32,000 nt of DNA from contig FP565575.1 in NCBI GenBank assembly GCA_000091165.1, positions 1,800,001 through 1,832,000 of the forward strand. The letters run 5' to 3'. The DNA comes from Candidatus Methylomirabilis oxygeniifera (GTDB lineage Bacteria > Methylomirabilota > Methylomirabilia > Methylomirabilales > Methylomirabilaceae). The stretch's first letter is position 1, and each line of letters begins with the position of its first letter. The position numbers and the translations under genes were made by a program. Positions 30,571-32,000 of the stretch are shown here, one piece after another. A model generated the notes under the pieces. That model saw only the letters and a list, made by a program, of their open reading frames with translations. It did not search any database and had not been told where the DNA came from.

Positions 30571-32000
30571 ATGGACCAACTGGTCAAGAGTCTCTTTACC
30601 ATAATAGGCGGTTCGTCCGGGATGCGGTCTTCCGACCCCGACCAGCTCCTCGGAACCGTTCTGGATGAGGTCCTGAAGGCGGTTGACGATGCGGTCCTTG
30701 GCTGGATCTGCCTGGTCCGCGATCTCTCGGACCATGTAAACCGATCTGCCGTCACAGCGTTGCCGCAGGACTCAATCTATCTTGCGGCCGTACGGCACAT
30801 CGGTAAAGAGACTCCTGCGCCTGCCGCCGTCGCCTGCCCGGACTGCTCCTGCCGTCGGTTTCTCGCCGGCGCCGATTCGCCACCCAAGCACACCATCATC
30901 GATCATTGTCCGCATCCAACCTTATCCGAGCCGTTGACCGGCGCTCACGCGTGCGTCTCCCTTTTTGCGCAGGATCGGCCGATCGGTGTGCTGAATGTCG
31001 CGAAGGCTGGGTCTGCGTCCTTCTCTGATAGTGAACGATTGTTCCTCCAGACTGTCGCGAGCCAACTGAGCGCCGTGCTGGAAACCGCCGGCCTGATCGG
31101 TGAGACGCAGGTCAGACTCAAAGAGACGCAGACACTGCTCGAAGTGACTCACTCCGCCAATTCCACCCTCGATCTGCAAGAGGCTATCCGACGTATCGCG
31201 CGAGCAGTCGCTCGTGTGGTTGCGGCCGATACTGCAGGCGCTTATCTGTTGGACAGCCATGACAGATATCTCGTTCCGTTTGCGGGCTATCATCTGCCGA
31301 AACACCTTTTAGAGCCGCTCAACAAAACATGGATTCCCGTCAAAGGATTTCAATTTGTTGAAGAAGCATTTACGACAAAGGCGGCCGTCTATGCCGATAA
31401 TACCGACACAGACACTCGATTGGATCATTCGGTCTTTCGCGTATTTTCTGCTAAATCAGGTCTTTTTGTTCCGATGCTCGCGAAGGATAGGATCGTAGGC
31501 GGGTTCTTCGTCATCTGGTGGACACATGAGCATCACTTTACTAAAGACGAGGTGCGTTTGGTTGATGTCATCGCTCGACAGACTGCGATCGCCATCGAGA
31601 ACGCCAAACTGTTTGAAGAGTCTCGCACACATGCTCAGGCTGCTAAGGCCTCAGAGGAGAAGTATCGACTGTTGGCTGAACACGTCCGCGACGTGATCTA
31701 TGCGTTGGACGCTGAGGGGCAATTTACGTACGTCAATACTCGAGTCATGGAAATACTCGGCTACACGCCGGAAGAGTTGTTGGGCCACCCGTATACGGAC
31801 ATCCTTACGCCGACAAGCCAGCGCCAGGTCCTGGAAATCTTTGCTGGGGCAGTCACAGGCAATGATCCGATCGGCTTCTGTGAGCTTGATATGGTGAAGA
31901 AAGAGGACGCCGTGTTGGTTCCGTTCGAGATCGGCATGGTGACGATTCGGGATGCTTTGGGCCGGCTGATCGGCTGGCATGGGATCGCGCGGGACGTGAC
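30571..32000 (+). CDS. Multi-domain sensor protein, GAF-GAF-PAS (N-terminal 476 codons; continues past the window end; absent from the ORF track)
   Basis: Frame 1 is open from the stops at 30490-30495 to 32000. ATG at 30571 (MDQLVKSLFT). GAF1 ends PIGVLNVAKAGSASFSDSERLFLQTVASQLSAVLETAGL. GAF2: LQEAIRRIARAVARVVAADTAGAYLLD...RIVGGFFVIWW...FTKDEVRLVDVIARQTAIAIENAKLFEE. PAS: SEEKYRLLAEHVRDVIYALDAEGQFTYVNTRVMEILGYTPEELLG...WHGIARDV. Confidence 0.8.
   Translation, partial: MDQLVKSLFTIIGGSSGMRSSDPDQLLGTVLDEVLKAVDDAVLGWICLVRDLSDHVNRSAVTALPQDSIYLAAVRHIGKETPAPAAVACPDCSCRRFLAGADSPPKHTIIDHCPHPTLSEPLTGAHACVSLFAQDRPIGVLNVAKAGSASFSDSERLFLQTVASQLSAVLETAGLIGETQVRLKETQTLLEVTHSANSTLDLQEAIRRIARAVARVVAADTAGAYLLDSHDRYLVPFAGYHLPKHLLEPLNKTWIPVKGFQFVEEAFTTKAAVYADNTDTDTRLDHSVFRVFSAKSGLFVPMLAKDRIVGGFFVIWWTHEHHFTKDEVRLVDVIARQTAIAIENAKLFEESRTHAQAAKASEEKYRLLAEHVRDVIYALDAEGQFTYVNTRVMEILGYTPEELLGHPYTDILTPTSQRQVLEIFAGAVTGNDPIGFCELDMVKKEDAVLVPFEIGMVTIRDALGRLIGWHGIARDV

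Noticed and set aside
30508-30735. 75-aa minus-strand ORF, together with 30555..30755, 30922..31305 and 31651..31980
   Set aside because: All are antisense to the open GAF-GAF-PAS frame, which shows strong domain motifs. I first considered a small HTH or excisionase-like gene next to the AT-rich tract, but no motif supports it.

Overview
GC-rich (about 60%) bacterial chromosomal window. Every gene from 1 to about 26,000 is on the minus strand. I cannot assign a taxon from the sequence alone.

Gene content, in minus-strand transcription order:
- (a) A cobamide lower-ligand, remodelling and uptake super-cluster driven by two cobalamin riboswitches. Order: riboswitch, terminator, bluB, cbiR-like, cobU, cobT, cobS, second riboswitch, btuB-like TonB-dependent receptor, btuF, btuC, btuD, and a partial tonB at the window edge.
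- (b) Two tandem paralogous genes for tiny secreted Ala/Pro/Lys-rich proteins, behind a sigma-54-type promoter.
- (c) Housekeeping genes: class A PBP, MlaA, quinone oxidoreductase, a Cas4-like PD-(D/E)XK nuclease, RNase G, and a TIGR03960/TIGR03936-type radical SAM fusion.
- (d) A histidine kinase and a stand-alone receiver, flanked by three copies of a putative V4R-like/LuxR-HTH regulator: one intact, one 39-codon remnant, one with an in-frame amber codon.
- (e) Plus-strand ppa and an MFS transporter.
- (f) A low-GC islet with phosphoribulokinase and a periplasmic LEA-like repeat protein.
- (g) A GAF-GAF-PAS sensor gene that runs off the 3' edge. It is absent from the ORF track.

Most notable observations:
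- A DsrE/YchN-family gene has both cysteines of its CxxC motif replaced by in-frame TGA codons (U-G-G-U), with hairpins downstream. It is a candidate double-selenocysteine protein.
- A family of hairpins has arms built from tandem heptamers. (AGTGTTG)n/(CAACACT)n sits in the same variable loop of both riboswitches and also in frame inside the radical SAM gene. A (TCAGCNN)n/(GCTGANN)n version surrounds a cloverleaf REP-like element.
- A promoter-plus-leader module is duplicated in front of prk and its neighbour.

All calls rest on reading the translations and the sequence. No database search was possible.
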